From an uncultured virus (IMG/VR IMGVR_UViG_3300043570_001981) (Duplodnaviria; Heunggongvirae; Uroviricota; Caudoviricetes), in the IMG/VR virus record IMGVR_UViG_3300043570_001981: a DNA stretch of 64,000 nucleotides; one strand, given 5' to 3'. A program made the position numbers and the translations under genes. Below, in pieces: positions 46,419 to 57,497 of the stretch. The notes under the pieces were generated by a model. That model had not been told where the DNA came from. It was given only the letters and a program-made list of their open reading frames with translations, and did not search any database. Positions within the stretch are counted from its first letter, which is position 1; the number at the start of each line of letters is the position of its first letter.

Positions 46419-48953
46419 TTATTTTTTATCTACTACAATAAGTTTAATAGGAGCATTATATTTAGTAGAAATTGCATTCTCTAGTAAAATAATCATCTCA
46501 TTTGCTAACCCATCACTAACTTCCAACCCAGCTTTACCATCAATTGGACCAATAACTCCACCATCTTCAAAACCTTGCATTGTACCTGTTGCTATCTTAC
46601 CTCCGTTTTCGGACTCTTTAAATACTATTTTACCATTTAGTTTTTTACCTTTTTCACTACTCGGATTTAACATAGCTAATATGTATTCAGTTGATATTTT
46701 TGTTTCAGTTTTTGTTTCACTTGTTGATTGAGATCCTTTTGTAATTTTAAATTGAATAGCTTTATTAACAATTTTTTGTGAATTATTTGACTTTTTAACA
46801 AAAGTCAAATCTATTTTTAATTTATAATCACCTATTACTTTATCTTTGTTTGTTTGAGATTCAATACCCTTTTTAATATCAAGTATAAATACATTTGAAG
46901 ATATCGGAGCCGAAATTATATGTTCAACATCATTTGAATTGCTATAAGCAATAGAAGCACTAGTCATAGACCACTCACCTGGAACAGATTGTGATTTAAT
47001 ACTAAACTTGATAGATTCTGAGTTTAATCTAGTAATATCATCTGTTGTTATGGATCCGGTTAATATAACATCTTGAATTATACATTCAACTATTAAACTT
47101 CCATCTCCTACCACATCAATATCACTTGATTTATTTTGCTCAATAGTTGCTGCTACTGCACTTTGTGTTCCTGATTGTGTAGAAGATATTTGCGCACTTT
47201 GAGTAGAAGCTATTGGTGCACTTTGAGTAGCACTCTGGGTAGCTAATACATTAGCAGGTTTATCAGCTGATACATTTTTTATAGCCTCATCCCAATCATT
47301 TTTAGTTGCCAAAGTATATGTAAATTTATTATCATATAACTTTTTATGAGCATCACAATATCCAAAGAATTCATTTAAGTTTTCTGCATTAGAAAATACT
47401 TGAGATCCTTCTGACCAGTTGCCAACTTTTTGACCACCCGGATAACCTAGATGTATTTTAATACTATTATCAACTAAATCATTTGGTATAATCTCTTCGG
47501 GTGTTGTTAAATTAGATGGATTGAATGTATCAAAATTATCAAAATCATTATCTCTCCAAACTAATTGCTTTGCGCCGTTAACAGTTTTCATCGCCTTTGA
47601 TCCTTTATAGTCTGAAATATAATAAACATCAATATATTGAGAAGGAACTAATATAGGTAATCCATTTTTTAAAACAGGATCACCATTTATTTTACCAGCT
47701 GTTTTTACATACTCTTTCATTGATATTTTTTTACCACTTGATCCTATCCAAGGGTTTTGTTTAGTAAAATTCTTATCACTCAACCAAGAGTCTGTAATTG
47801 TAAATTCAAGTCCTGGTACAGTTGAGAACATATATTGTTTTAGTTCATAAGTACCATCTTCCTTTTTAAACATAACATAAAGTTTATCAACAAACTGATC
47901 ACTATATTTATCACCGGTTGTTAAACATTGAGTTCTTATAGCAACAATATTTAATTTATTTACCTCTGTATAAAGAACATATTTTTTAACATTTAATAAT
48001 TCAATAATTACTTTAACATCTGGATTCTCTACTGGTATTGGTTTTGGCTCTTCAGCTTTTGCCGGAGCTACAGATTGTGATGATCCAGGTGCCGTAGATT
48101 GTGATGCCGTGACAGGAGCCGGAGTATCTATTGGTTTTTGATCGAATGTTGTATCAGTTGATCCAGCAGTTGGTGTAAAAGGAACAGGTTCTTTAGATGT
48201 AACTTCATTTGGTTTTACAGTTGATTGCCAGACATCACCTTTTTGACCTTCTGCAATTCTTTCTAATTTAGAAACATTTTCATTATCAACCGCATAAACA
48301 TTTTTAGATAAAAACTTAGGATCCTTTAATTGTTGATATAATTGTAAACTACCAAGTAAAGCTGGTGTTGCAACAACAGGAGCTCCTAAATTTCCTAAAA
48401 AAGGACCACCTTTAGAACCCATTAAAATCTGAACAAAGTCATCAAACCAGTTCAAAAAGTTATCACCTAAAATTGTTCTTTGTGTTGAATTAGCAGTTCC
48501 TAAATTAATCTTACCAAAATTATCTTTCAGATTAATATCAATAGTTTTTTCTTTAATGTTAATAACATTAAACTTATGGTCTAATTTAAGACCTTCACTA
48601 TCATTTACATAAACTTGTGTTTTGTGATCGAATATTAGAGACTTCATAGAGACGTAATCCTCTTTACTTACTTGTGTAAGTTTTTTCTCTAAATTGACAT
48701 TATAGTGATCCGAGTATATAAACTCTGGGCTATTTAAGTTAGCATTTTCAAATATAACAATAACAACCTTTCCTTTTTCAGGTAGTGCAAAATCATTACC
48801 AGCAAGATCTTTCCATGGATTAGCCCAAGGTATGTCTTCAATTTTAGTATTATCAAATACATCTAATACCCTAGCCTTGACTCTACCAAGTCTTTTAGGG
48901 TCCTCGTTATCTTCAACAACTCCAATATAAGTTTTTCCACTTTCTACTTGCAT
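46419..48953 (-). CDS. Baseplate central spike, gp5/VgrG-like OB fold + YkuD-like domain
   Basis: YIGVVEDNEDPKRLGRVKARV......IPWA.P......P..G..V.V.F; ILGD.F..W.D.F...L; then a domain homologous to 23919..24515 ending IHLG...NWSEGSQVF. Confidence 0.85.
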   Translation of the reverse strand: MQVESGKTYIGVVEDNEDPKRLGRVKARVLDVFDNTKIEDIPWANPWKDLAGNDFALPEKGKVVIVIFENANLNSPEFIYSDHYNVNLEKKLTQVSKEDYVSMKSLIFDHKTQVYVNDSEGLKLDHKFNVINIKEKTIDINLKDNFGKINLGTANSTQRTILGDNFLNWFDDFVQILMGSKGGPFLGNLGAPVVATPALLGSLQLYQQLKDPKFLSKNVYAVDNENVSKLERIAEGQKGDVWQSTVKPNEVTSKEPVPFTPTAGSTDTTFDQKPIDTPAPVTASQSTAPGSSQSVAPAKAEEPKPIPVENPDVKVIIELLNVKKYVLYTEVNKLNIVAIRTQCLTTGDKYSDQFVDKLYVMFKKEDGTYELKQYMFSTVPGLEFTITDSWLSDKNFTKQNPWIGSSGKKISMKEYVKTAGKINGDPVLKNGLPILVPSQYIDVYYISDYKGSKAMKTVNGAKQLVWRDNDFDNFDTFNPSNLTTPEEIIPNDLVDNSIKIHLGYPGGQKVGNWSEGSQVFSNAENLNEFFGYCDAHKKLYDNKFTYTLATKNDWDEAIKNVSADKPANVLATQSATQSAPIASTQSAQISSTQSGTQSAVAATIEQNKSSDIDVVGDGSLIVECIIQDVILTGSITTDDITRLNSESIKFSIKSQSVPGEWSMTSASIAYSNSNDVEHIISAPISSNVFILDIKKGIESQTNKDKVIGDYKLKIDLTFVKKSNNSQKIVNKAIQFKITKGSQSTSETKTETKISTEYILAMLNPSSEKGKKLNGKIVFKESENGGKIATGTMQGFEDGGVIGPIDGKAGLEVSDGLANEMIILLENAISTKYNAPIKLIVVDKK

Positions 48954-48988
48954 GAATTATATATAAAAATTACACTTCTGTAGTATAA

Positions 48989-50965
48989 TTAAAATAAAGG
49001 ATTATTACCACCTCTTATAAGACCACCTATTTTACCACCCAGTGCGTCTCCTGCAAAATCTCTTAAAGAATTTTGAACATCAAAGAAAGAACCTGAGGAA
49101 ATACCTAGCGGGTTATCATAGTTTTTATAAACATTAGTAGGTTCTCTCATTCTACCAATTCCAGCTTCATTTCTTATCTTATCTAATGTGTTATTCAACA
49201 ATCTCAATCTAGTATTAACTTGAGCTCTTACTTCTCTTTGTAAAGTAGTTTTTAATTTACTACCTAATGCTTTACCTGCTTTAGTTGATCTTTCTTTAAA
49301 GGCGTCAAATCCTTCTTTTCTTTTCTTTTTTCTTAAAGCTTTTTTCTCATCAACAGCATCACCTTCTTCTGTCTCATCTCCTGACTTTTTAGAACTTTTA
49401 CTAGCACTACCACTCACTGGAGTTTCAACACTCTCATTAATAGTAAAAGATGGATTATAACTATCTAATACTATTGCAGAACTAACACCATTTTGTTTTA
49501 AAGTATTACCACCACTATTTGTATAGAATCTAGGAACCGCAATATCTTTTTCATCTGAATATGCATCAGACGCACTTGCGCCAGCTCTCGCTCCTGGATT
49601 ACCTACTTTCCACATAGCAGCATTATTATATGAAACATATTTACCAAATCCAGCACCATCTGGTGTCCATCTTTCAAATTTTGTTGTTGCGTATTTATAA
49701 TCTAATGTTACTACAAAGTCATCAAATGTTTTAGGACTTGATAAATCGACCTCATCTTCATGTCCTATTTTATCAAACCAAAACTGACACTCATTTAATG
49801 TATAAACATATCTACTTAAATTATCTTTAACAACTTCTAAGTCACCATTTGTAACACCCTTTCTAACTCTATTAAAATGTCTCATTTCGGATATAACTAT
49901 ATCACAATTAAATCTCAGTAAGTTTTCAGGAACTATATTCTTACCATTTGGCTTTGACCAATATAAAAGTTTGTATAAATAAGCTAGCGTTCCCATATCT
50001 AAAGAAACATCTTCTGTGAAAGTTAACTTCAATAAATCTTTTCTATACTCGACCAATGCCTTATTTTTATCTGGAAGATTTGCTTCTATTAGTTTTTCCA
50101 GACCTCCTACCTTTTTAAGATAGTAAGACATATAAGCTGGTTTACCACTTGAAAACATTTTTGAACCATTTTCAGTATTAGCATAATTAGATGTTTTAAT
50201 TGAAGCTGTTGGTTTATCTGGACCAACTCTAAAAGTGCCTTTTGTTTTGAATATTTTTAAAAATTGTTGTCTAAAATCATTCATTACTTTTCTTCTTGTA
50301 GCAATTTCATTCACATATGGAAAACTGGCTATGAAATCTTCAACAGATCCATTTAATAAAGGAGAGTTTACAAGGTCTACTATTACTTCAAATCCAAACA
50401 TAACAGGGTCGGTATTTTCATACGGTGTTCCTTTTGTACCATCTGTGTCACCTAAAACTTGTGCTAATCTAGAAGGAACTCCTTCTTCATATCCATCCCA
50501 AGTTTCTCTAGCGTTCTTTTCAGACCTCAGTTGAGAATTTTTACCATCAATAACTTGCAAACCATGTTTGAAATAGTCCATTGATGTATCATTAAATATC
50601 AAATGCCAATCTCTGGTTGAGTATGGTTCGCCTTCTGTCTTTGGAAAATCTTTTGATAAATTAAATCTATCTTCTGTTGATAAATCTTTACTGTTCTTCT
50701 TTTTTCCACTATAATCTGGATGAGATTCTAGCAATTGACCGTACCAATCTTTGCTTAACATACTATTATAAGACTCATTTGGAGTAAAGCCAGGTTTTTC
50801 TCTATTACCTCCTCTTCCAATGAGAGAAATAGGAGAAGCACCATCAGTCTTGTTAATACCAACAATTGAATTAAATAATCCAGCTATTGTAGCTTTAGCA
50901 TTTGATCCTTTTGATCCTTTTGATTCTTTAGAATCCAATTCTTTATCTTTTTTGGTCTTACTCAT
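48989..50965 (-). CDS. Probable tail/baseplate structural protein
   Basis: 658 aa inside the baseplate cluster; beta pattern (LKLTFTED, LRFNCDIVISE, YVYTLNECQF, VTLDYK) compatible with a tail-tube fold. Confidence 0.5.
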   Translation of the reverse strand: MSKTKKDKELDSKESKGSKGSNAKATIAGLFNSIVGINKTDGASPISLIGRGGNREKPGFTPNESYNSMLSKDWYGQLLESHPDYSGKKKNSKDLSTEDRFNLSKDFPKTEGEPYSTRDWHLIFNDTSMDYFKHGLQVIDGKNSQLRSEKNARETWDGYEEGVPSRLAQVLGDTDGTKGTPYENTDPVMFGFEVIVDLVNSPLLNGSVEDFIASFPYVNEIATRRKVMNDFRQQFLKIFKTKGTFRVGPDKPTASIKTSNYANTENGSKMFSSGKPAYMSYYLKKVGGLEKLIEANLPDKNKALVEYRKDLLKLTFTEDVSLDMGTLAYLYKLLYWSKPNGKNIVPENLLRFNCDIVISEMRHFNRVRKGVTNGDLEVVKDNLSRYVYTLNECQFWFDKIGHEDEVDLSSPKTFDDFVVTLDYKYATTKFERWTPDGAGFGKYVSYNNAAMWKVGNPGARAGASASDAYSDEKDIAVPRFYTNSGGNTLKQNGVSSAIVLDSYNPSFTINESVETPVSGSASKSSKKSGDETEEGDAVDEKKALRKKKRKEGFDAFKERSTKAGKALGSKLKTTLQREVRAQVNTRLRLLNNTLDKIRNEAGIGRMREPTNVYKNYDNPLGISSGSFFDVQNSLRDFAGDALGGKIGGLIRGGNNPLF

Positions 50966-50984
50966 AAACTATATATTAATTTTA

Positions 50985-53177
50985 TTAAGCCATATAGGTA
51001 TCAGCTTCGCCGTTTCTTCTTCTAACCAGACCTGCTAATTCTTTACCTTTAGAAGTTTTTGGACCGCTTCTTATTTGGTCAGACGCTTCTTTGAACTTAC
51101 CTTCATTTGTTAGGGAAACTGCTTTTAAGAAACTTTTATTACCAGCTCCTGTATTAAACATCATAGATAAAAGAGCGTCGAATTGATTTTGAGTCACTTT
51201 GACTTTTAGCTTTTTATTTAGAGCTATAATTCTTGATTGTAAATCTGATAATAATAGATTATCTATAGCATCGTCACTCATTTTACCGGGCTTTAAATAT
51301 TTACTAAAAGCAGCTCTTTCATTATTCTGAATAAGATGTCCAACACCAACAGTTGGAAAACCACTAACCTCACCCCAAGAAGATTTTGATTTTCCGTCTG
51401 CATCGTCATAAACGGTTGCTCTAGATCCTTCATCTCTTTTTAAGTGTTTCAGTCCAGTCGCGCTAATAGTCATGCTACCATCTTTTGGAGCAGTTATCAC
51501 AACAGATCCTTCCAGACTATTGGTATCAGTAACAACTGATTGTTTATCATCAGAAGTAGGAGTATAATCAACCCTTATTGAAGTAGGTGGTGTTTCCTCC
51601 TCTCCTTGGAATGACTGTTCGATATAAATATCCTCATCCAATTCACCATCATCAATAATAACAATACCGTCTCCTAAGTCAATTGTTTTTGGAGATTCTA
51701 TTACTGGAGTCACTGATGTTGTTAATCCTTCTATTACCAAGTCTCCTATTTTTAGAGCAAAGTTTTGGTTACCAACTACTACAAAAGTGTCTTTTTTCTC
51801 AACATTAAATGTGAATTCACCACTTAATTTACTTTCTGTGGTTGGTACTAAAGTAGATACAACCGGTGGTTCTACTTTTGGTTCTGGTGCTTTTTTAGGA
51901 ATTGTAATTGTTTGGTAATTATCACCTGCTTCTAAAAAGGCATTATATAATAATATTTGCTCAAATTTACCTACAACGGATACGGTTCCGGTTACTCCCG
52001 CCTCAATAGAATAATCCCAATATATTCCAGTTTCTTGTGATTGTGTTCCGGTAGATGTCCATTTAATATCATCGGTATCTGTTCTATGAAAATTAAATAG
52101 GGGATCTTTTGATAAAGATTCAATTGAATTAACACCTGGTCTATATTGAGTTTTTAAATCATCAAAGTCTCTAATGTCAAATCCATTATATCCACCACCA
52201 CCAGTCTCATCTAATATTTTAGCAAACCCAATTCCTCTATGGTAACCTTGTCTTTCAGAACCATAATCAGCATAGTTATGTCTATCATATTGATATGGTA
52301 TAATTGGATATGGTACAGTTTCACCTTTTGCAAATTTAGAAACACTTATCGTATAGACATCACGATCGTTATAAACTGGATCAGAATATGTTCCATCTCC
52401 AATAGTTCCCCAAAATGAAAAACTCTTTTCTACTCTTTTATTATTATCTAATAATTTTGTACTAAACATTTCTTTAATCTTATCATTATTAGATCCCCAA
52501 GTTACATGTAATCCATTATATCTTGGATCATCATCAACCCGCTTACTACTTTTTAAATATCCAGGAAGACCGTTTAAACCAACCACTTCACTTATAAAAG
52601 AATCAAACCAATATTGACCAGCTGAATACTTATCAGGATTTGTTATACCAGGTTTTTTTATTTCATTATAGTTTTGAATAATCCTTGCAGAATCTGATAG
52701 CACTATTGGTCGAGGTGTTCTTCTTTCATTTCCTTTCCAATTGCTACTATTATTTGAATTCGCAAGTGATTTAAAGATAACACCAATAGAAGGGTCTGAA
52801 ACTGAAACTCCATTCATATCATCTATCCAATCGCCATATTGTTGTTCAAGTGCATCATCTACATAACGATTCACACCATTACTTATTATAAAATAGGGAG
52901 GTATTTTATAATTCACACCATCTGGGTCGAAGAAAACATAAGCAAATAAATCACCAATCGTTTTAACGGCTGGATCAACTGGCCAAGTACCCTTTCTTAG
53001 CTTAGTTATTTTGATGGCTTCTTCCCTCGATTTTTTCCAAGGACCAAGTTTTTTTGTTTCGGCTGTATATAGTTTCTCCAACTCAGCATTAAACGCATCT
53101 ATAAATTTTTTAATGTCACCAGTTTGTGTTGATGATCCTGAAGTTCCTGATGATTCAATTTCGCTTTGAGTTGCCAT
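50985..53177 (-). CDS. Virion protein with C-terminal GH24 lysozyme
   Basis: ISATGLKHLKRDEG...VYDD...PTVGVGHLI...VTQNQFDALLSMMFNTG.G...LAGLVRRRNGEA. Confidence 0.85.
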   Translation of the reverse strand: MATQSEIESSGTSGSSTQTGDIKKFIDAFNAELEKLYTAETKKLGPWKKSREEAIKITKLRKGTWPVDPAVKTIGDLFAYVFFDPDGVNYKIPPYFIISNGVNRYVDDALEQQYGDWIDDMNGVSVSDPSIGVIFKSLANSNNSSNWKGNERRTPRPIVLSDSARIIQNYNEIKKPGITNPDKYSAGQYWFDSFISEVVGLNGLPGYLKSSKRVDDDPRYNGLHVTWGSNNDKIKEMFSTKLLDNNKRVEKSFSFWGTIGDGTYSDPVYNDRDVYTISVSKFAKGETVPYPIIPYQYDRHNYADYGSERQGYHRGIGFAKILDETGGGGYNGFDIRDFDDLKTQYRPGVNSIESLSKDPLFNFHRTDTDDIKWTSTGTQSQETGIYWDYSIEAGVTGTVSVVGKFEQILLYNAFLEAGDNYQTITIPKKAPEPKVEPPVVSTLVPTTESKLSGEFTFNVEKKDTFVVVGNQNFALKIGDLVIEGLTTSVTPVIESPKTIDLGDGIVIIDDGELDEDIYIEQSFQGEEETPPTSIRVDYTPTSDDKQSVVTDTNSLEGSVVITAPKDGSMTISATGLKHLKRDEGSRATVYDDADGKSKSSWGEVSGFPTVGVGHLIQNNERAAFSKYLKPGKMSDDAIDNLLLSDLQSRIIALNKKLKVKVTQNQFDALLSMMFNTGAGNKSFLKAVSLTNEGKFKEASDQIRSGPKTSKGKELAGLVRRRNGEADTYMA

Positions 53178-53192
53178 TTTTTATTTAATTTT

Positions 53193-55712
53193 TTAATTCC
53201 ACCAATTTATAATAACAGATCCACTTGGACTTGGTGTTACAGTTGTTGGTGTTGTTGGTCCTGGTACCACCGATTGTGTTCCTGATGCAGAAGAACCAGG
53301 TTGATTTGGATCACTCACTCCAGTACTTTGAACAGAAACATCAGTCCCATCTATTTGTTTAACATCAGCTAATACTTCTCTACCATCAGCTGATAAACTT
53401 TTAATAGTAACTATATATTTTCTACCATCTTTGTCCTTAACAGTATAAGATTCACCAGGAGTATAAACACTATTTGGTAAAACAACGGATGGTGTAGCAC
53501 CAACTGGATTTTCGTTAATCTCTTTAACCTCTTTCTTCTTTTCAATTGGGACCGGATTATTCATCTCATCAGGTTTTTTACCCATTTCTTTTCTAACAAG
53601 TTTAACCTTTTGAGATAACTTACCACTTATCCAAAGATATGTTATATCAAGTATTATATACTCACCAGAATATCTAAAGTTAGCTTCTTCAGGGTTTGTT
53701 GGTGTAGTAGTTGGATTTGTTATTTGAATATTAATTTTTTGAAATTTATATAAATTAAAATTCGGATTAGGCATTGAAACATCTACTACTATTTTATTTA
53801 ACTCATTTAGATTTATTCTATTTTGAGTAATAGCATAATTATAATTTTTATGAACATTATCCGTATCTATTTTACCAGTAAATTTAGTTCTAATATTAGT
53901 ATCAAATTCGGTTTTATCATTTTGAGCACCCTTTGTAGAAATGGTTTTACTACCATCTGATGATGTTGAGTCTACATTAAATACTAAAAAAGATTTTGAT
54001 ATTCTATCATAAGCCTTTGTTACAGTTAGTAATCCATTTCTTATAGCTTTTTTAGTTGAGTCGTTTTTAGTTGTATAACTTTCAAAATAAAAAGCAGAGT
54101 CTTTTAAAGCTTTATCATTTGATAACATCATCTTTTTTATTCTAGCGGATTCATCTGATGTACTAGCTTTAGAAATACCAGCTGTGTCTATACCAACATC
54201 TTTTGATATATCACGTTTCATCTCTTTTTCAATATCAACGTAATTAAAACAATAGTAATAATCTATATAACCACCCATATATGCTTCATCATCTATATAA
54301 GAATGTGCGATAATCTCTTCTATAAATTCATGTGGTTTAGTATTTGGATTTCTCCAAGACATACTATCGGTTGTATTATTAATATTTGAGTTAAATCCTA
54401 ATTTTAAATCTTTACACACATTTCTTATAGCCTCAAATGAAGTACCCGTATAAGAATTATTATTAACTTTATATAAATCAGGTACATAAATAGTTCCAGT
54501 CGCGTCATAAGATCCGGTATTTTGAATTTGAACACAAGTTAATACATTAAAAACAAAATGAATTGGTTTTAAATTTGAAGATCCTGGATTAAGAAATAGT
54601 TCCATTGTAGTATCACCCATTGGTGGATGAGTGGTTATTATTCCTTTGGTGTCTTTGAAGCTAAATTTTATTTTAGGAACAATTCCATCATGATATAAAA
54701 TCAGTGATGATATATCACTCTCACTTATATTAAACGCTTGATAATGTATATATGGTTTAAATCCTAAATCTTGTGTGATATTTGATTGGTCACCCTTGGC
54801 CAGTTTATCTTTTTCCTGAACTATCTCATTAATTACTATTGTGGGTTTATCAATTTGAGCGATAATAGGTCTATTACCGGTTACTTTACTTTCTGGTTCT
54901 GTTACTTTACTTTCTTCCTGCGGTGTTACAACCTCCTCTGCTAAAACCTCGATAGCCACATCAATAGGATCTACAAGTGTAGAAGACTCACCATGAGATA
55001 TTGTTATTACATAAAATCCAGGATCAGTAAATTGTAAATCTTTGAATACAACATTAGCATTTACTATTTCAGCTTCAGCGATACCAGTCAATTCACCAGG
55101 TCCGCTTTTCTTTTTAACAAACAATTTACCAGTAACACTTAAAGGATCAACTCTTGGTTCCTCAGGTACAGGAGCTATGGCATTTTCTGAGTTTGATGCA
55201 CTTCCACTAATAGGTTTTTTTGGATTTGCAACTTCTTTAGCCGCATAATAATCATCCCATAACTTTCTTCTAGTTTTTAAATCTTCATCTTCTTCAGGTA
55301 TTACTAATGGATCGAATGGATCTTGTATTATTGAAAAAACGTTTTTAGATTCTTTACCTGGTGTATAATTCTGGTTATTACTAGCTTCCGGAAAAATTGG
55401 ATAATCAGCTGGAACAGAATAGTAGGTTAAATCAGCTCCTCTTTTTCCACTATTTAAAGAATTTAAATAGCTTTGTATGTAATCATCATCAGAAAAAGTG
55501 GCATATATCCCCTTTTTCTTTCCAAAAGATGGTGAGAATACACCAGTGGGTTTACCAGAATCGGCACGATAGGATATAACATAATATTCCTTATCTCTAA
55601 TTTCTAAAGATAGCTTACCATCTAATCCACCAAGCTCCTTAGATGGCCCGATTTTGGTGCCACCGGATTCCCTACCTCTTATTCGTACTTGTTTAACTAT
55701 TGTTGTTGCCAT
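53193..55712 (-). CDS. Probable baseplate hub protein (gp27/gpD-like)
   Basis: P.I.F.F.D..G; GTSFEAIRNVC..L.LGF; YIDYYY.FNYV; V.M..PNF.L...Q.I; YSGEYII..I.Y.....L.Q...L.R typical of hub proteins; near the spike and lysozyme genes. Confidence 0.6.
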   Translation of the reverse strand: MATTIVKQVRIRGRESGGTKIGPSKELGGLDGKLSLEIRDKEYYVISYRADSGKPTGVFSPSFGKKKGIYATFSDDDYIQSYLNSLNSGKRGADLTYYSVPADYPIFPEASNNQNYTPGKESKNVFSIIQDPFDPLVIPEEDEDLKTRRKLWDDYYAAKEVANPKKPISGSASNSENAIAPVPEEPRVDPLSVTGKLFVKKKSGPGELTGIAEAEIVNANVVFKDLQFTDPGFYVITISHGESSTLVDPIDVAIEVLAEEVVTPQEESKVTEPESKVTGNRPIIAQIDKPTIVINEIVQEKDKLAKGDQSNITQDLGFKPYIHYQAFNISESDISSLILYHDGIVPKIKFSFKDTKGIITTHPPMGDTTMELFLNPGSSNLKPIHFVFNVLTCVQIQNTGSYDATGTIYVPDLYKVNNNSYTGTSFEAIRNVCKDLKLGFNSNINNTTDSMSWRNPNTKPHEFIEEIIAHSYIDDEAYMGGYIDYYYCFNYVDIEKEMKRDISKDVGIDTAGISKASTSDESARIKKMMLSNDKALKDSAFYFESYTTKNDSTKKAIRNGLLTVTKAYDRISKSFLVFNVDSTSSDGSKTISTKGAQNDKTEFDTNIRTKFTGKIDTDNVHKNYNYAITQNRINLNELNKIVVDVSMPNPNFNLYKFQKINIQITNPTTTPTNPEEANFRYSGEYIILDITYLWISGKLSQKVKLVRKEMGKKPDEMNNPVPIEKKKEVKEINENPVGATPSVVLPNSVYTPGESYTVKDKDGRKYIVTIKSLSADGREVLADVKQIDGTDVSVQSTGVSDPNQPGSSASGTQSVVPGPTTPTTVTPSPSGSVIINWWN

Positions 55713-55766
55713 GGTAAATAATTTTAATATTATTATATATTAAAACAGTTACTTTACAGGGAGTAG

Positions 55767-57377
55767 TTAAATATTAATTTTTGTAATTTTATAAGGATAT
55801 CCTCTTTTTATGTAGAATTTTTCTCTTTCCTTAAAATGTCGAAAAAGAATATTTGACATTTCCTTACTTGAAAAAACGTCAACTAAGTCGAATATATTGG
55901 CTTTCTTTTTATCATCGTGTAAACGAAGAGCTCGGCCTATGGATTGGATAATAATTTGTTCAGATTTAAATGAGTCTGCAAAAATAACATTGAAAATAGC
56001 ATTAATAGAAACTCCAGTTGATAAAGTACCATAGGACGCTACAAGAACTTTAACTTTATCACTAGTGTTCTCCATTTCTTTTTTAATAATCTCTCTTTTC
56101 TTACCACTTACTTCACCATCAATATAGTAAAAGTCTTTATTGGGTAATTCATTTTTAAGTTTATTAAATATCTTTTGACCATACTCAATTGTATGAAATA
56201 GTAATAAAGTATTTGAATCACATTTATCTACAATCTTTTTAATAAACTCTAATCTCTTGTCAGATTGATGTATATAATCTTTTTCTAAATCAAAAGCATC
56301 TTTACCATTTCCACCTCTTCTAATTTCTGTCATTCTGCCATCAAATTCTAAATCTTCATGATTCATGATTACAACCTTAACATCCATTGGTGTAATAATA
56401 CCTTTTTCTTTTAATTCATTTGCAGAAACCTCAGTTATCTTTGGACCCAATACGGATTGAATTGTTAATATTTCACAAGTGTCTTCTTCAGGAAATGTAC
56501 CAGAAACTCCAAATCTTGAATAAGCTGATTTAAATGTGTGTCCTAAAATAGTTGTAATTGTTTTGGCTTTAGCACCGTGTGCCTCATCTGTTACAACCGT
56601 GTGAAATTGTTTGAAGAATTCTTTTGGCCATTTTTCCAAAGATTGATAAGTTCCAATATAAACATTAGCATCTAATGTACCAGACCATTTACGAGGTCTT
56701 TCAGACATCACTTCTTCAATTCTAATATCACAAGGTTTGTGAGAAGTGTTTAGAATATGATCAGACTTTTGGTCTCTCATTTCCAAAATATTATTAAATC
56801 CAATATTATACTCTATTATGTTATCATAGAACTGAGTTACTAGTGTAATAGACGGAACTATAATAAGAAATTTAGCTTTGGTGTCTATTTTATTTAGAGT
56901 ATAAAAAAGAACAATTGATATGATTAAAGATTTACCACCTGATGTAGCAACTTCAGCCATACAATATCTATTCTTTAGAATCTTATAAGCAGCCTCGATT
57001 TGATGGTCATATGGGACAAAGGGAATCCACTCACCGGATTTGGTTCTAACTTTATGAGTTTTAAAAAAATCATCACAGAAATCTCTAACACCTTGTAAAG
57101 TAACATCTCTGTTTAAAGGAAACTCATCTTTGTTTTCCATTACAAAGCTAGTTTCAATTTCTTTACAACCTCTCATAGCTTCTTTCCAAAGACCTAGATT
57201 AATTCTACCATTTTTGAAATATGTTTGCTGTCCATTCCACACACCCATTTTAAAAGCAGGCATATATCTATACCCCTTCACATGACGGGTTAACCATAGA
57301 CTTACTTGATGATATTCTATTCTTGTAGCCTCTGATACAACTAATTCTTCAGTATCTTTATCATATCTAAATTTCAT
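55767..57377 (-). CDS. uvsW: UvsW-like SF2 DNA helicase
   Basis: YMPAFKMGVWNG, PYDHQ, ATSGGKSL, IIVP, TYQS, DEAH, GVSGT, VASYGTLSTGVSI, QSIGRALR, HF.ER..FY. Confidence 0.92.
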   Translation of the reverse strand: MKFRYDKDTEELVVSEATRIEYHQVSLWLTRHVKGYRYMPAFKMGVWNGQQTYFKNGRINLGLWKEAMRGCKEIETSFVMENKDEFPLNRDVTLQGVRDFCDDFFKTHKVRTKSGEWIPFVPYDHQIEAAYKILKNRYCMAEVATSGGKSLIISIVLFYTLNKIDTKAKFLIIVPSITLVTQFYDNIIEYNIGFNNILEMRDQKSDHILNTSHKPCDIRIEEVMSERPRKWSGTLDANVYIGTYQSLEKWPKEFFKQFHTVVTDEAHGAKAKTITTILGHTFKSAYSRFGVSGTFPEEDTCEILTIQSVLGPKITEVSANELKEKGIITPMDVKVVIMNHEDLEFDGRMTEIRRGGNGKDAFDLEKDYIHQSDKRLEFIKKIVDKCDSNTLLLFHTIEYGQKIFNKLKNELPNKDFYYIDGEVSGKKREIIKKEMENTSDKVKVLVASYGTLSTGVSINAIFNVIFADSFKSEQIIIQSIGRALRLHDDKKKANIFDLVDVFSSKEMSNILFRHFKEREKFYIKRGYPYKITKINI

Positions 57378-57497
57378 CTTCCTATTATATATAAAATAAC
57401 AACTTATGTTTAAATATCTACATTTTTGTGGATATTTTGAGGTTTTTTACAGAGGGAGATTGAGTAAGTGTATATATAATAAAAAATAAATTAAACT

